A stretch of DNA of 64,000 nucleotides, from contig CAVPCT010000006.1 of NCBI GenBank assembly GCA_963702475.1, positions 160,001 through 224,000 of the forward strand, given 5' to 3'. The DNA is from an uncultured Thermoleophilia bacterium. GTDB taxonomy: Bacteria; Actinomycetota; Thermoleophilia; UBA2241. The position numbers and the translations under genes were made by a program. Shown piece after piece: positions 20,164 to 29,784 of this stretch; the first letter of the stretch is position 1, and every line of letters starts with the position of its first letter. The notes under the pieces are model-generated. The model was not told where the DNA came from and made no database searches. It saw only the letters and a program-made list of their open reading frames with translations.

Positions 20164-21134
20164 CGCGCACCTCCGGTCGTGGCGGGCCGGCGGGCGCCGA
20201 TGCGCTCCAGGAAGGGCTCGACATCCTGGGAGTGCGTCTGGACCCCGACCACCGTCTCGGGGTCGGCGCCGAGCGCCAGCGCGAGGAGTTGCTGCACGTG
20301 CAGGTGGATGAAGGGGAACTCCTCGCCGGTGCTTTCAGAGATGATGTCGCTGTAGCGGTCGAACTGGACGTGGCAGTTGGGGCACATGTGCACGAGGACG
20401 TCGACGTTCTCCTCGTGCAGCCGGTGCAGCTTCTTCTGCGTCACCCCGACCGAGATCGACGGGTTGACGAACCGGTTGCGAAAGCCGGCTCCGCAGTGCG
20501 TCTGCTTCTCGTTGTACGCGCCGGTGCACTCCACGCCTGCGGGGATCAGCATCTCCTCGGGCACCATGAAGTTCTCGTTGTTGCCGAGCGTCTCGTCCGG
20601 GAAGACTTTGCAGTAGTGGCAGGCTGGGTGCGTCGCGACCTTGATACCGTCGAGCCGCCGCCGCACCAGCTCGGGAACGCTCCGGTGCGCCCCCCAGAGG
20701 ATCTCCAGGGTGTGCTTGTGCTGCACGGTCCCGGCCACGCGGTCGTCGTACTCGCGCCCGACCTTGGCCAGCACCGCGTTGGTGTCGGCTCGGTACCCGG
20801 GCACGCCGAGGATGTTGCGCGCCTTCTTGTTGATGGCGTAGCAGGTGGAGCACAGGTAGGTCATGACCGGGTGCCCGTCGTCGACCACCACGCAGGCGTT
20901 GCGCGCGGCGATGCCCACCGTCGTCTGGATGGGCATGAGGTCGGAGTAGTAGCCCAGACCGGTGCAGCACGTCTGCTCTGGGTTGACGGTGTACTCGATG
21001 CCGAAGCGCTCGAAGAGCCACTTCGTGGACGACTCCACCCCCGGGTACTCGGCGGAGACGAGGCAGCTGCGGAACAACGTCACGCCTCCGTCGACGCGGG
21101 GCACGTCGGGAGTGCTCGTGTAGCGTTTCGTCAT
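20160..21134 (-). CDS. hdrB: Heterodisulfide reductase subunit B-like
   Basis: FRSC..QTCCTG..CSTC and HPACHY..HCGAG..CPNCHVQFD CCG domains. Confidence 0.9.
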   Translation of the reverse strand: MTKRYTSTPDVPRVDGGVTLFRSCLVSAEYPGVESSTKWLFERFGIEYTVNPEQTCCTGLGYYSDLMPIQTTVGIAARNACVVVDDGHPVMTYLCSTCYAINKKARNILGVPGYRADTNAVLAKVGREYDDRVAGTVQHKHTLEILWGAHRSVPELVRRRLDGIKVATHPACHYCKVFPDETLGNNENFMVPEEMLIPAGVECTGAYNEKQTHCGAGFRNRFVNPSISVGVTQKKLHRLHEENVDVLVHMCPNCHVQFDRYSDIISESTGEEFPFIHLHVQQLLALALGADPETVVGVQTHSQDVEPFLERIGARRPATTGGAR

Positions 21135-21168
21135 GGCTTCCCTCGCAGTCGTTCGGCGTCTGGTGCCT

Positions 21169-21215
21169 ATTGTCCATAAGAAAAAGTATTCCTGCAAATG
21201 TATATCACTTATGAT
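21169..21215 (-). promoter_or_regulatory. AT-rich promoter region of the hdrB operon
   Basis: Minus-strand TTGCAG-17-GACAAT (21197 to 21169) and short inverted repeat ATCA-N4-TGAT at 21204-21215, in a strongly AT-rich patch. Confidence 0.45.
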
Positions 21216-21361
21216 TGAGCCGGCACGCATAACACGCCCGCCACGGGGGCGGGAGCTACGGCAGGTTATGCGAGGGCCTGTTCCGGGCAGGATTTGAAGC
21301 GAGTAAGGCACCCTGTGGCGCCCGTAGCGGTGGGTCGTCACTCCGTACCGAGGGAGGACCG

Positions 21362-21592
21362 ATGGGCCAAGTCCGCCCGCTTGCCAAGGCCGACACGAGC
21401 GACGCGTCAACCATTCCGCCGGCGGCCGTGCGTTCCATCGACAGCGTGCAGTGCGGCCTTTGCGGCGCGCCGTTGAGCGTCCGCTCCCTGCGCTACCACG
21501 TGGTCTCTCCGCAGGCCACCGACGCTGCGCTGACGGTGTGCCACACGTGCCACCGCGCGGCGCTCGGCGAGGGATACAGACCGGCCCACTGA
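21362..21592 (+). CDS. Small CxxC-x25-CxxC putative Zn-finger protein
   Basis: GGGAGGA RBS, CGLC and CHTCH motifs, GC3-rich codons. Confidence 0.7.
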   Translation: MGQVRPLAKADTSDASTIPPAAVRSIDSVQCGLCGAPLSVRSLRYHVVSPQATDAALTVCHTCHRAALGEGYRPAH

Positions 21593-21715
21593 CGGAGTCC
21601 CGGCCGGCCCCGGTCGCCCCCTTCTCGTGTGCGTCAGACCGTCGTTTCCGCGGTGGTCGTCGCTGCCGCGTTCGGTGACGGGCGTCCCCGGCGAACGAGC
21701 CTCCCGGCGCCCGTT

Positions 21716-21724
21716 TGCTAGAAT
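21716..21724 (+). promoter_or_regulatory. Extended -10 promoter (TGcTAGAAT) of the hem operon
   Basis: Near-consensus element 45 nt upstream of hemE ATG. Confidence 0.55.
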
Positions 21725-21769
21725 ACTTGACTTCAGGAGCCTCTCGCCCACCCCGACCCGAGGACGACT

Positions 21770-22795
21770 ATGCGCCTACTCGACGCCTGCGCCCGCCGTC
21801 CCGTCGACGCGACGCCCGTGTGGCTCATGCGCCAGGCGGGGCGCTACCTCCCTGAGTACCGTGCCATCCGCGAGAAGCTCTCCTTCGTCGAGATGTGCAT
21901 GCGCCCCGATGTGGCCGCCGAGGTCACCCTTCAGCCGCTGCGCCGCTTCGACCTGGACGCCGCCATCATATTCGCCGACATCCTGCTGCCCCTGGAGCCC
22001 ATGGGCATCGGCTTCCACTTCACGCCCGAGGACGGGCCGGTCATCGAGAAGCCGGTGCGCTCCGCCGCCGACCTCGAGGGCGTGCACACCATCGACGCGG
22101 CCTCCGACCTGCAGTACGTCATGGAGTCCCTTCGCCTGGTGCGGCACGAGCTCGACGGCCGCGTGCCGCTCATAGGGTTCTCCGGAGCCCCGTTCACCCT
22201 GGCCAGCTACATCGTCGAGGGTGGCCACTCGCGCAACTACACGCACGTCAAGAAGCTCATGTACGAGGACCCGACCACGTTCGACAGGCTGATGACCCTC
22301 ATCTCGGATGTCGTCGTGCACTACCTCCTGGCGCAGATCGCCGCCGGGGCCCAGGTCGTGCAGCTGTTCGACAGCTGGGTCGGCTGGCTGGGCCCCTACG
22401 ACTACGAGCATCTGGTGTTGCCGCACGTGCATCGCGTCGTGGAGCAGGTCAAGGGCAAGGGGGCGCCGGTCATCTACTTCGGCAACGGCGCCTCCGGCAT
22501 GCTGCATCACGTCGCCACCGTGCCCAGCGACGTCATCGGTGTGGACTGGCGCATCGACATCGACCGCGCCTGGGAGCAGCTCGGCGACGTGGCCGTGCAG
22601 GGCAACCTGGACCCCATCACCCTGCTGGGTCCGCCGAGTGCCATCGAGGAGCGCGTGGCCGACATCATCGCGCGGATCGGCGGGCGTCCCGGCCACATCT
22701 TCAATCTGGGGCACGGCCTGGTGCCGCAGACGCCGCCGGACAATGTCAAGTACGTCATCGACGCGGTGCACCGCCTCAGCGCCGCGGCCGGGTGA
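21770..22795 (+). CDS. hemE: Uroporphyrinogen decarboxylase
   Basis: PVWLMRQAGRYLPEY, AIIFADIL, IGFSGAPFTLASY, QGNLDP, IFNLGHG. Confidence 0.97.
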   Translation: MRLLDACARRPVDATPVWLMRQAGRYLPEYRAIREKLSFVEMCMRPDVAAEVTLQPLRRFDLDAAIIFADILLPLEPMGIGFHFTPEDGPVIEKPVRSAADLEGVHTIDAASDLQYVMESLRLVRHELDGRVPLIGFSGAPFTLASYIVEGGHSRNYTHVKKLMYEDPTTFDRLMTLISDVVVHYLLAQIAAGAQVVQLFDSWVGWLGPYDYEHLVLPHVHRVVEQVKGKGAPVIYFGNGASGMLHHVATVPSDVIGVDWRIDIDRAWEQLGDVAVQGNLDPITLLGPPSAIEERVADIIARIGGRPGHIFNLGHGLVPQTPPDNVKYVIDAVHRLSAAAG

Positions 22796-22806
22796 GGCGG
22801 CGCGGC

Positions 22807-23772
22807 ATGGCGCGCAGCTCGTCCGCCGTCGATGTCGCTCTGCTCGCCTACGGCGGGCCGGAGCAGGCCGACCAGATCCTGCCGTTCCTGCGACGGCTGA
22901 TGGGCCGCGAGCCCGATGCGCGTACCGTCCAGGTCGTGCAGGAGCGGTACGCGCTCATCGGCGGCGCCTCGCCGCTGCCGGCGATCACGGCGCGTCAGGC
23001 GGCCGCCTTGCAGCAGCACCTCAGTGGGGAGTTGCCGTTCTCCGTGCGCGTCCGCCACGGCTTCCTCTACACCGAGCCCACCATCGCCGACTGCCTTGAC
23101 CAGCTCATCGGCCACGAGATCGTCGCCGTCCCCATGAGCCCGTTCGCCTCGCGGCTCACCAGCGGCAGGTACCGCGCCGCGATCGACGCGGCCGAGCAGC
23201 AGTCCGGCCGCGGCCGCGCCATCCCGCTGCTCGAGGGCTGGTATGCCGACACCGACTTCGTCCAGGCCATCTCCCGCAACGCCGCCCGGGAGCTCGACTG
23301 CTGCGACAACAGCGAGTGGGTGGTCCTGTTCACGGCGCACAACGTGCCGGCCGAGACGATCTGGGAGGGCGACCCGTACGCGGAGCAACTGCAGCAGACC
23401 ATCGCGCAGCTTATCCCCGCGCTGGTGCCGGGCGACTGGAAGTTCGGGTTTCAGAGCACCGGGCGCGGCGGCGGTGAGTGGATGGAACCGGAGGTCGCCG
23501 ACGTAGTCCGCGAGATCGCCGGAGAGGGCTGGAAGAAAGTCCTCGTGGTGCCGGTCGGCTTCGTGAGCGACAACGTGGAGACGCTGTACGACCTCGACAT
23601 CCTGCTCAGGGGCGAGATCGAGGCGCTCGGCATGGAGTACCGCCGTTCCGACCCGCCCAACGACTCGCCGCAGTTCATCAAGGCGCTGGCCGACGTCGTC
23701 GTACAGCACTTGGCCAACAGGCCCGGGCCGCATCAGACGCGGTCGCCGCGCGGCCCGCACGGTCACCCGTGA
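22807..23772 (+). CDS. hemH: Ferrochelatase (HemH/CpfC)
   Basis: LLAYGGP, RYALIGGASP, FTAH, FQS..WMEP, GFVSDNVETLYDLD. Confidence 0.9.
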   Translation: MARSSSAVDVALLAYGGPEQADQILPFLRRLMGREPDARTVQVVQERYALIGGASPLPAITARQAAALQQHLSGELPFSVRVRHGFLYTEPTIADCLDQLIGHEIVAVPMSPFASRLTSGRYRAAIDAAEQQSGRGRAIPLLEGWYADTDFVQAISRNAARELDCCDNSEWVVLFTAHNVPAETIWEGDPYAEQLQQTIAQLIPALVPGDWKFGFQSTGRGGGEWMEPEVADVVREIAGEGWKKVLVVPVGFVSDNVETLYDLDILLRGEIEALGMEYRRSDPPNDSPQFIKALADVVVQHLANRPGPHQTRSPRGPHGHP

Positions 23773-25439
23773 ACGGCCGGGACGCGAGCCGGCCGCTCCG
23801 TGTCGCCGTGATCGGCGGCGGCATGGCGGGGCTGGGGGCGGCGCGGGCGCTCGAGGATGCGCGCGCCGCCGACCCGTCCATCGACTGGCAGCTCTACGAG
23901 ACCGACGACCGCTTCGGCGGCAAGGTCCACACGGTGCGCCGCGACGGCTTCGTGGTGGAGGGCGGCCCCGACTCGGCCATCATCGAGAAGCACTGGCCGA
24001 TCACGATGGCGCGCAGGCTCGGCATCGCCGACCGTTTCGCCGACTCCAACGAGGCTATCCGCAAGAGCTTCGTCTACGCGCGCGGCGGCCTGCACGAACT
24101 GCCCGAGGGCATCATCCTCATGGTGCCCACGCGCATCGTGCCGTTCGCCATGAGCGGCCTCATGACCTGGCCGGGCAAGCTGCGCATGGGCATGGACCTG
24201 CTGCTGCCGCGTGGCGGCGCCGCGCGGGCCGCGGTCGCCACCGCCGACCCGACGGCCGACGAGAGCCTGGGCAGCTTCGTGCGCCGCCGGCTGGGCCGCG
24301 AGGCGCTCCAGCGCATCGCCGAGCCCATCGTGGCCGGCATCCACGCCGGCGACCCGGAGCAGATGAGCGTGCGCGCCACGTTCCCGATGTTCCTCGACAT
24401 GGAGCGCGACCACCGCAGCCTGATCCTCGGCATGCTCAAGCGGCGCAAGGCGCGGCAGAAGGCGGCCGCGTCCGGCGCCGGCGGGGGATCTGGCGCCGGC
24501 GGCCGGGAGGTAGGCAGGCCGGGCGCTCCCGCCTCCGGCGGTATCGGCGCCCCGGGAGCCGGGGCATCCGGCGCCGCGGCGGCCCCCGGCCCCCGCTCGT
24601 ACTTCTATTCGTTCACGGGCGGGCTGCAGGATCTCAGCGACGCCATGGTCGCCTCTCTGCCGGCCGACCGTCTGCACAGCGGCGTCACCGTCACGAGCAT
24701 GGCGCCGAGCGGCGCCGGCTGCGGCACACCGGCGTCCGGCACCGGGTCCGGCGCGTGCGCCCTGCAGCTGTCCGACGGCCGCCGCGTGCTCGTCGACGCC
24801 GTCGTGCTCGCGACCCCCGCCTGGGCGTCCGGCGACCTGCTCCGCACCGTCGCTCCGCTCGCGGCCGCAGACCTCTCGTCCATCGAGTACGTCAGCACCG
24901 CCACGTGTTCGCTCGCGTTCCGTCGCGAGCGCGTCTCGCGCGACCTCACGGGCTTCGGCTTCGTCGTCCCGCGTGCTGAACGGCGCCCGGTCATGGCGAC
25001 CACGTTCAGCTCGAGCAAGTTCCCCGGCAGGGCGCCGGAGGGCCACGTGTTGCTGCGCAGCTTCCTTGGGCGCGCCGGCATCGAGGCGGCCGCGCAGCTC
25101 GACGACGACGAGATGGTCAAGGTGGTACGCGCCGAGCTGCGCGAGATCCTCGGCATCGGCGCGGAGCCCGAGCTCGCCGAGATCTTCCGCTGGCCGCGCG
25201 GCATGCCCCAGTACCGCGTCGGGCACGTGGACCTGGTGACGAGGATCGAAGACGGCGTCGCCAGGGTGCCCGGCATCGAGCTCGCCGGCGGCGCCTACCA
25301 CGGCATCGGCATCGGCGACTGCCTGCGCGAAGGTGCCGCCGCCGCCGAGCGTGCCCTGGAACACGTGCGCGGCCTGCCGGAGGACCCGGTACCGGGCCAG
25401 CCGCGAAACGTGCCGGCCGGCGACGGCGTGGCCTCGTAG
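23769..25439 (+). CDS. hemY: HemY/CgoX (copro/proto)porphyrinogen oxidase
   Basis: IGGGMAGL, GGKVHT, EGGPDS, EPIVAGIHAGDP, GFGFVVP, SSKFPGRAP, MPQYRVGH, GIGIGDC. Confidence 0.93.
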   Translation: MNGRDASRPLRVAVIGGGMAGLGAARALEDARAADPSIDWQLYETDDRFGGKVHTVRRDGFVVEGGPDSAIIEKHWPITMARRLGIADRFADSNEAIRKSFVYARGGLHELPEGIILMVPTRIVPFAMSGLMTWPGKLRMGMDLLLPRGGAARAAVATADPTADESLGSFVRRRLGREALQRIAEPIVAGIHAGDPEQMSVRATFPMFLDMERDHRSLILGMLKRRKARQKAAASGAGGGSGAGGREVGRPGAPASGGIGAPGAGASGAAAAPGPRSYFYSFTGGLQDLSDAMVASLPADRLHSGVTVTSMAPSGAGCGTPASGTGSGACALQLSDGRRVLVDAVVLATPAWASGDLLRTVAPLAAADLSSIEYVSTATCSLAFRRERVSRDLTGFGFVVPRAERRPVMATTFSSSKFPGRAPEGHVLLRSFLGRAGIEAAAQLDDDEMVKVVRAELREILGIGAEPELAEIFRWPRGMPQYRVGHVDLVTRIEDGVARVPGIELAGGAYHGIGIGDCLREGAAAAERALEHVRGLPEDPVPGQPRNVPAGDGVAS

Positions 25440-25564
25440 CGCTCCCTCCGGCGGTGTGAGCAGCGGCTCCAGGAGCGGGTCCGAGGGACCGGGACGCAGG
25501 GGGCGGGGCCGACGGCTCCCGCCCCCTGGATCGACGCCGGCCGTCACCGCCTGCCGCGCCGGCG

Positions 25565-26005
25565 TCAGTACTTCTTGGCCAGCTTCATGATCCAGCGGTG
25601 CGGCGCATGCATGCTGAACCCCGGCTTGTTGTACATCACGGCGCAGTGACCGGTGATGACCGTGAGGCCGTGCTTCTGCGCCTCCGCGAGCGCCTCCGGG
25701 GTGTCGGTCATCTGGTGCATCCAGACCTGCTTCACGCCGGCCTCGGCGGCCTTCGCGACCCACGTCGCCGTCTCTTCCTTGGGCAGCTCGAGCACCGCCG
25801 CCTCGACCGGGCCGGGCAGCGAGGCGAAGTCGGGGTAGCTCGTGTCGCCGTCCACGGGCTGCCCGCCCACGTCGATCGCGTAGACGGTCTTGCCACGCTC
25901 CTTGAGCGCTCCGTAGCTGATCTTGGGAAAGGCCTTCTTGCTCCCCTGGTGGCCGACGACGGCGTAGCTTGCCGCGTCCCAGAACTGTTCGCACTCAGAC
26001 GGCAC
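25565..26005 (-). CDS. CoA-binding (YccU-like) protein
   Basis: YAVVG, YPDFASLP, GVKQVWM, GLTVITGHC; GAGGAGGG RBS before GTG. Confidence 0.82.
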   Translation of the reverse strand: MPSECEQFWDAASYAVVGHQGSKKAFPKISYGALKERGKTVYAIDVGGQPVDGDTSYPDFASLPGPVEAAVLELPKEETATWVAKAAEAGVKQVWMHQMTDTPEALAEAQKHGLTVITGHCAVMYNKPGFSMHAPHRWIMKLAKKY

Positions 26006-26970
26006 GGTCTCCCTCCTCGTTCTCCGCGTAGCACTGGCCGGGGGTGAGGACCGCCGGGTGGCGGCCGCCCGCCCGCAGCGCGGCACGCACTTCGTAGCAT
26101 AGGTGGCATTCGTCAGCGTAGTGTGAGCGCCGGGGGGTGTGGCCGGCGGCCTGGGCGAGAGCCCAGGGGCCTCCGGCCACGATCTCCCGCACGACGGGCC
26201 GCGTCGCCGGGTCGTAGGCCTCCAGGACTGCGCGCAGGCCGCCGGGATGCGGGGCGGCGAGCTCGGCCGGCGAAGCCGGCCCGTCGCCGCCGGCGAACAC
26301 GTTGCCGGCGCTGATGCCCTGGCAGATCTGCAGCTCGCCGTCGGGGCCGAGGTGCACGCGGCCGGGATCGGCGAAGTCCTCGTGCGGGCAGGTGACCAGC
26401 GTCTCGGGCGGCCGGGTCTCTCGCCCGGGGGCGAGCGCGACGGCCGCCCGGCCCCTGTACATCACGTCGCCGACATCCTCGCCGAGGCAGAGGCCGGGGA
26501 TGTCGAGGCACGCCGGCGCACCCACTTCGAGCACACCGCCGGGCAGCCCGAGGTCCTGCGCCGCCAGCGTGGCGTTGCGCAGGTGCTCCTCGTCGGCGTC
26601 CTCGACGAAGTACGCGTAGGACGAGAGTGAGAGGTCGCTGATGCCGAGCTCCGCGAAGGGCTCGAGCCAGACGCGGGCGTCCTCCCTCGTCGTCGCCCAG
26701 AAGCAGTTGCTGACTACGCCGAACTCCAGGCCGCGCTCGCGGGCACGCTTCGCCGCCGCGAGCACGATGGGGTACGCCAGCGTCGGCTCCCCGCCCTCGA
26801 AGTAGACGTCGGTGACGCCGCACTCCGCCGCCTGGTCGATGGCGCTCGTCGAGCTGCGCCAGCGTCATCGTCTGGTCTGCGTCCGGCGACCCCCACACGA
26901 AGCAGTGGTCGCACGCGTAGGTGCAGCGGTACGTGACCAGGAAGTGGATGCCGGTGAGGGTGACGCTCAT
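25995..26970 (-). CDS. Radical SAM protein (+1 frameshift near 26848)
   Basis: CTYACDHC; continues in next frame YFEGGEPTL..VVSNCFWA, C-terminal ADECHLC; leaderless TAGACT-6-ATG. Confidence 0.82.
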
Positions 26971-27296
26971 GGGGCCAGTCTACGCCGCGGGGGGCCTCCC
27001 GCGTAGTCGCCGCCGGTCGCCGCTGCGGCTGTCGAGCTGCTCGGGCTCGTAGGTCGAGGCCGCCGTGCCCCGGCGCTTCTTGCGTCCGACCGCGGTCGGC
27101 GTACGCGACCGGTCCCACGTACACATCGGTCGTGACCTCGACGCCGGCGGGCGGGCGCAGCTGCGCGGGCGCAAGCCCGCGTTCGCCGCGCAGTGCGTGG
27201 CGGTAGAGCCCACGCCGCCGAGGTGCGGAGGCGCGGACCATCGCCGTCGAGGAGCTGGTACGGCACGGCATAGCGCGCTGGAGCGGCGACCAGGCC

Positions 27297-28391
27297 GTGG
27301 CCGAGGCCTTCGCGCTGGCGGCGCGTCACCAAGCTACGGGGCCGCCGCTGGGTCCGGTGCTGCGCCTCCTGCGCGGGGCGCTCTCGCAAGCCGGCGGCAG
27401 CGCCTCGCCCGCCGCTCTCCGTGCGGCGGGCGCGCGCCACCTCGGCCTGCAGCGCTGCTGGGTGGGCCGAGACCTCGTCCCGGCCGCCGAGTCGGTGATC
27501 GCGAAGTTTGAGCAGATGGTGCTGGGCCAGCACGAGGCGTGCGCCGCGGTGGTGGACGACCTCATAGCCGGCGTGTACGGGCTGGCCACTCCGGGCAGGC
27601 CGCGTTCGTACGTGTTCGCCGGTCCGCCCGGCATCGGCAAGACCAGCCTGGCTTGCGCCCTGGCCACGGTGCTCGGCGGGCCCGACGCGCGTCCGGTGCG
27701 CTTCGACTGCTCCGAGCTGGTCTCGCCGGGCGACGCGCTGCGGCTGCTCTCCAGCGGCGAGCCGGACTCTCTCGTGGTCGGGCTCACGGAGCGGCCGGGC
27801 GCGGTCGTGCTGTTCGACGAGGTCGACCGCGCCCACCCGTTCGTGCGGGGGCTGCTCTACCAGCTGCTCGAGGGGCGTGTGACCTCGCGCGAGGGCACCC
27901 TCGTGTCGAGCGCCAACGCCACCGTGATCATGACCACCAACGCGGGGGACGGCGTCTGGATGCGTCCGGACATGGACGAGCAGCAGACTGAGCAGGCGCG
28001 GGCCGCTACGCTGCGCGCTTGCGCAGAGGTGCTCGGCGACGCCATCACCTCGCGGGTCGTCCGGCTCATCGTGTTCCCGCCGCTCGCCTGCGAGGCTGGG
28101 CGCTCCATCGTCGAGCTCGAGCTGGCGCGGGTGGCCGCGCTGCCTCACCTCAAGGAGCGCGGCGTCACGGTCACCGCCACGCCGCGTCTCGTCGAGGCGC
28201 TGGCAACCACCTGTCTGAGCAGTCGCAGCGGCGCCCGCGGCGTGCAGAAGGCCGTGTACGTGGCGGTCACTGTGCCGGTGGCGCGCCTCATCAACGAGCA
28301 GGACGTGCGACGCAGCCGCCTCGTCGTCGACGCGCTCACGAGCGCCGACGAGCTGGAGGGGGTGCGCATCGAGATCGAACGCTGGCACTGA
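27297..28391 (+). CDS. Stand-alone ClpA/B D2-like AAA+ ATPase (start uncertain; frame open from about 27207)
   Basis: VLGQ, GPPGIGKT Walker A, VVLFDEVDRAHP Walker B, IMTTN, SGARGV sensor 2. Confidence 0.75.
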   Translation: MAEAFALAARHQATGPPLGPVLRLLRGALSQAGGSASPAALRAAGARHLGLQRCWVGRDLVPAAESVIAKFEQMVLGQHEACAAVVDDLIAGVYGLATPGRPRSYVFAGPPGIGKTSLACALATVLGGPDARPVRFDCSELVSPGDALRLLSSGEPDSLVVGLTERPGAVVLFDEVDRAHPFVRGLLYQLLEGRVTSREGTLVSSANATVIMTTNAGDGVWMRPDMDEQQTEQARAATLRACAEVLGDAITSRVVRLIVFPPLACEAGRSIVELELARVAALPHLKERGVTVTATPRLVEALATTCLSSRSGARGVQKAVYVAVTVPVARLINEQDVRRSRLVVDALTSADELEGVRIEIERWH

Positions 28392-28423
28392 GGCCGGTGC
28401 GGCAGGAAACCCCGCGCCGCCGC

Positions 28424-29188
28424 CTACAGCTTGGCCCGGAACGTCTTGACCTCGGGCGCGAACCAGTCGCCGGCACCGTTCTTGATGCCCGTGTACTCCT
28501 TGAAGTACGGCGAGCCGTTCACCATGGCGTGGCCGATCACATCGGCGTTCTTGATGCCGAAGCGGTCCTGCAAGTAGCGCACCAGCTTGAGGCCGGCCGA
28601 GACCTGCTTCGTGCGGTTCAGGATCTGGCGGTCCATCCAGTGGCCGTCCTTGCCGCTCGCGACCTCCTGCACGAACTCGATGCCGAACGAGGTCCAGTTG
28701 ATGCCGATGGCGTGGCGACCGCGGACGGTCAGGGGAAGGCACTGATAGATGGTGCCGTCCTTGTCCACGATGAAGTGCGCCGAGACGCCGGGTTTTTCGG
28801 GCTTGCCGGGGATCGACTCGTAGGCGGTGTTGTTCGCGAACGTCCACCACGCCGACTCCCACGCCGCGCCCGCGGTGTGGTGCAGCACGATGACCTTGTG
28901 CTTGGTGAGCTTCCAGGTGTCCTGGTGGTAGTGGCGCTTGTTGTAGGCGGCGGTCTGGGCCTTGCGCGTGTCCCCGAACGGGACCAGCTTGACGGTGATG
29001 TCGGGGCGAGGGGCGGCCGTAGGGGACGCCGAGGCGCGCGGGGCGGCCGCCGACGGCGCCGCCAGTGCGGCCGGCGCCCAGGCGAGCGCCGTCAGAAGGG
29101 CGAGGATGACGGCCGCGGCGAGGCTCGCGCGCAGCGCGAGCGCCTCCGCGGCCGTCCCTTGCGCTGCGGCACGGGTCCCAACGGTCAT
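28424..29188 (-). CDS. Secreted N-acetylmuramoyl-L-alanine amidase (Amidase_2)
   Basis: Signal peptide, IVLHHT, SAHFIVDKDG.IYQ, HA, SFGIE, VIGH; leaderless TACACT-6-ATG. Confidence 0.88.
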   Translation of the reverse strand: MTVGTRAAAQGTAAEALALRASLAAAVILALLTALAWAPAALAAPSAAAPRASASPTAAPRPDITVKLVPFGDTRKAQTAAYNKRHYHQDTWKLTKHKVIVLHHTAGAAWESAWWTFANNTAYESIPGKPEKPGVSAHFIVDKDGTIYQCLPLTVRGRHAIGINWTSFGIEFVQEVASGKDGHWMDRQILNRTKQVSAGLKLVRYLQDRFGIKNADVIGHAMVNGSPYFKEYTGIKNGAGDWFAPEVKTFRAKL

Positions 29189-29257
29189 GCCTGCAGTGTA
29201 CTCCGCTGCCGGCCAGCTCGCCTCCGGGGGGCGGCCGGGAGAGCCACCCCTCGGATC

Positions 29258-29784
29258 TCACGCCGCCGGCAGCGGCAGCGCCCACCGTGCCGACGACGGG
29301 TCCGACACGCCCAGCGTCGCGAGGTCGTGTGCGTCCGTCGTCCAACCGTCGTAGGAGCGCACGTAGTAGACGAGACGGTCGTGGTCGCGGGCGACGTACC
29401 ACTGCGTGTGGTCGCCTGACGACGCGACCTGCCGCGGCAGGCTCACCAGGTCGAGCGCGTGGAAGGCCGCGTTCCCGGCGGCCTCCGGGCCGGCGGCGCC
29501 TCGGGCAGGTCGGTCTCGGGGAGCCAGAGGGTGCCGATCGAGAGGCCGGCGTCGTTGAGGCCGTCGCACACGCCCCAGTCGAAGCCGAAGGCGTCCATGG
29601 CGACGTAGCCGTGACCGTTGGTCCAGCTGAGCGCAGGCACGGCCGTGCCGGCCTCGGTTGCGGACCACATCTGGCCGGCGGGGACCACCTGGATCCGCGA
29701 GCCCAGCTCGTGGGCGAAGTCCATGGTGCGGGCCGAGACGTGCAGGCCGTCGACGAGCTTGACGAGGCGCAGATCGCTGCACAT
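29258..29784 (-). pseudogene. Linear amide C-N hydrolase (choloylglycine hydrolase/Ntn family) with large internal deletion and frameshift
   Basis: MC N-terminal nucleophile, SARTMDF, DGLNDAGLS; jumps near 29490 to C-terminal AFHALD..DHTQW..YYVRSY; about 175 codons versus about 330 typical. Confidence 0.75.

Noticed and set aside
16942-20355. Very long opposite-strand ORFs (also 13321-16512, 33208-36117, 2872-5022, 26967-29402)
   Set aside because: Antisense or off-frame shadows of well-supported genes; high GC suppresses stops and no motifs are present.
1-21134. Methanogenesis or archaeal origin from Hdr/Mvh
   Set aside because: No mcr/mtr/fwd here; surrounding genes (rlmKL, hemY, peptidoglycan amidase, sigma70 promoters) are bacterial.
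21539-21553. CHTCH as a c-type heme site
   Set aside because: No signal peptide or TM segment, and a partner CxxC suggests Zn binding.
21727-21736. TTGACTTCAG shared with 34891-34900 as a heme regulon motif
   Set aside because: The second half-site is missing at hemE, and two copies of a 10-mer are insufficient evidence.
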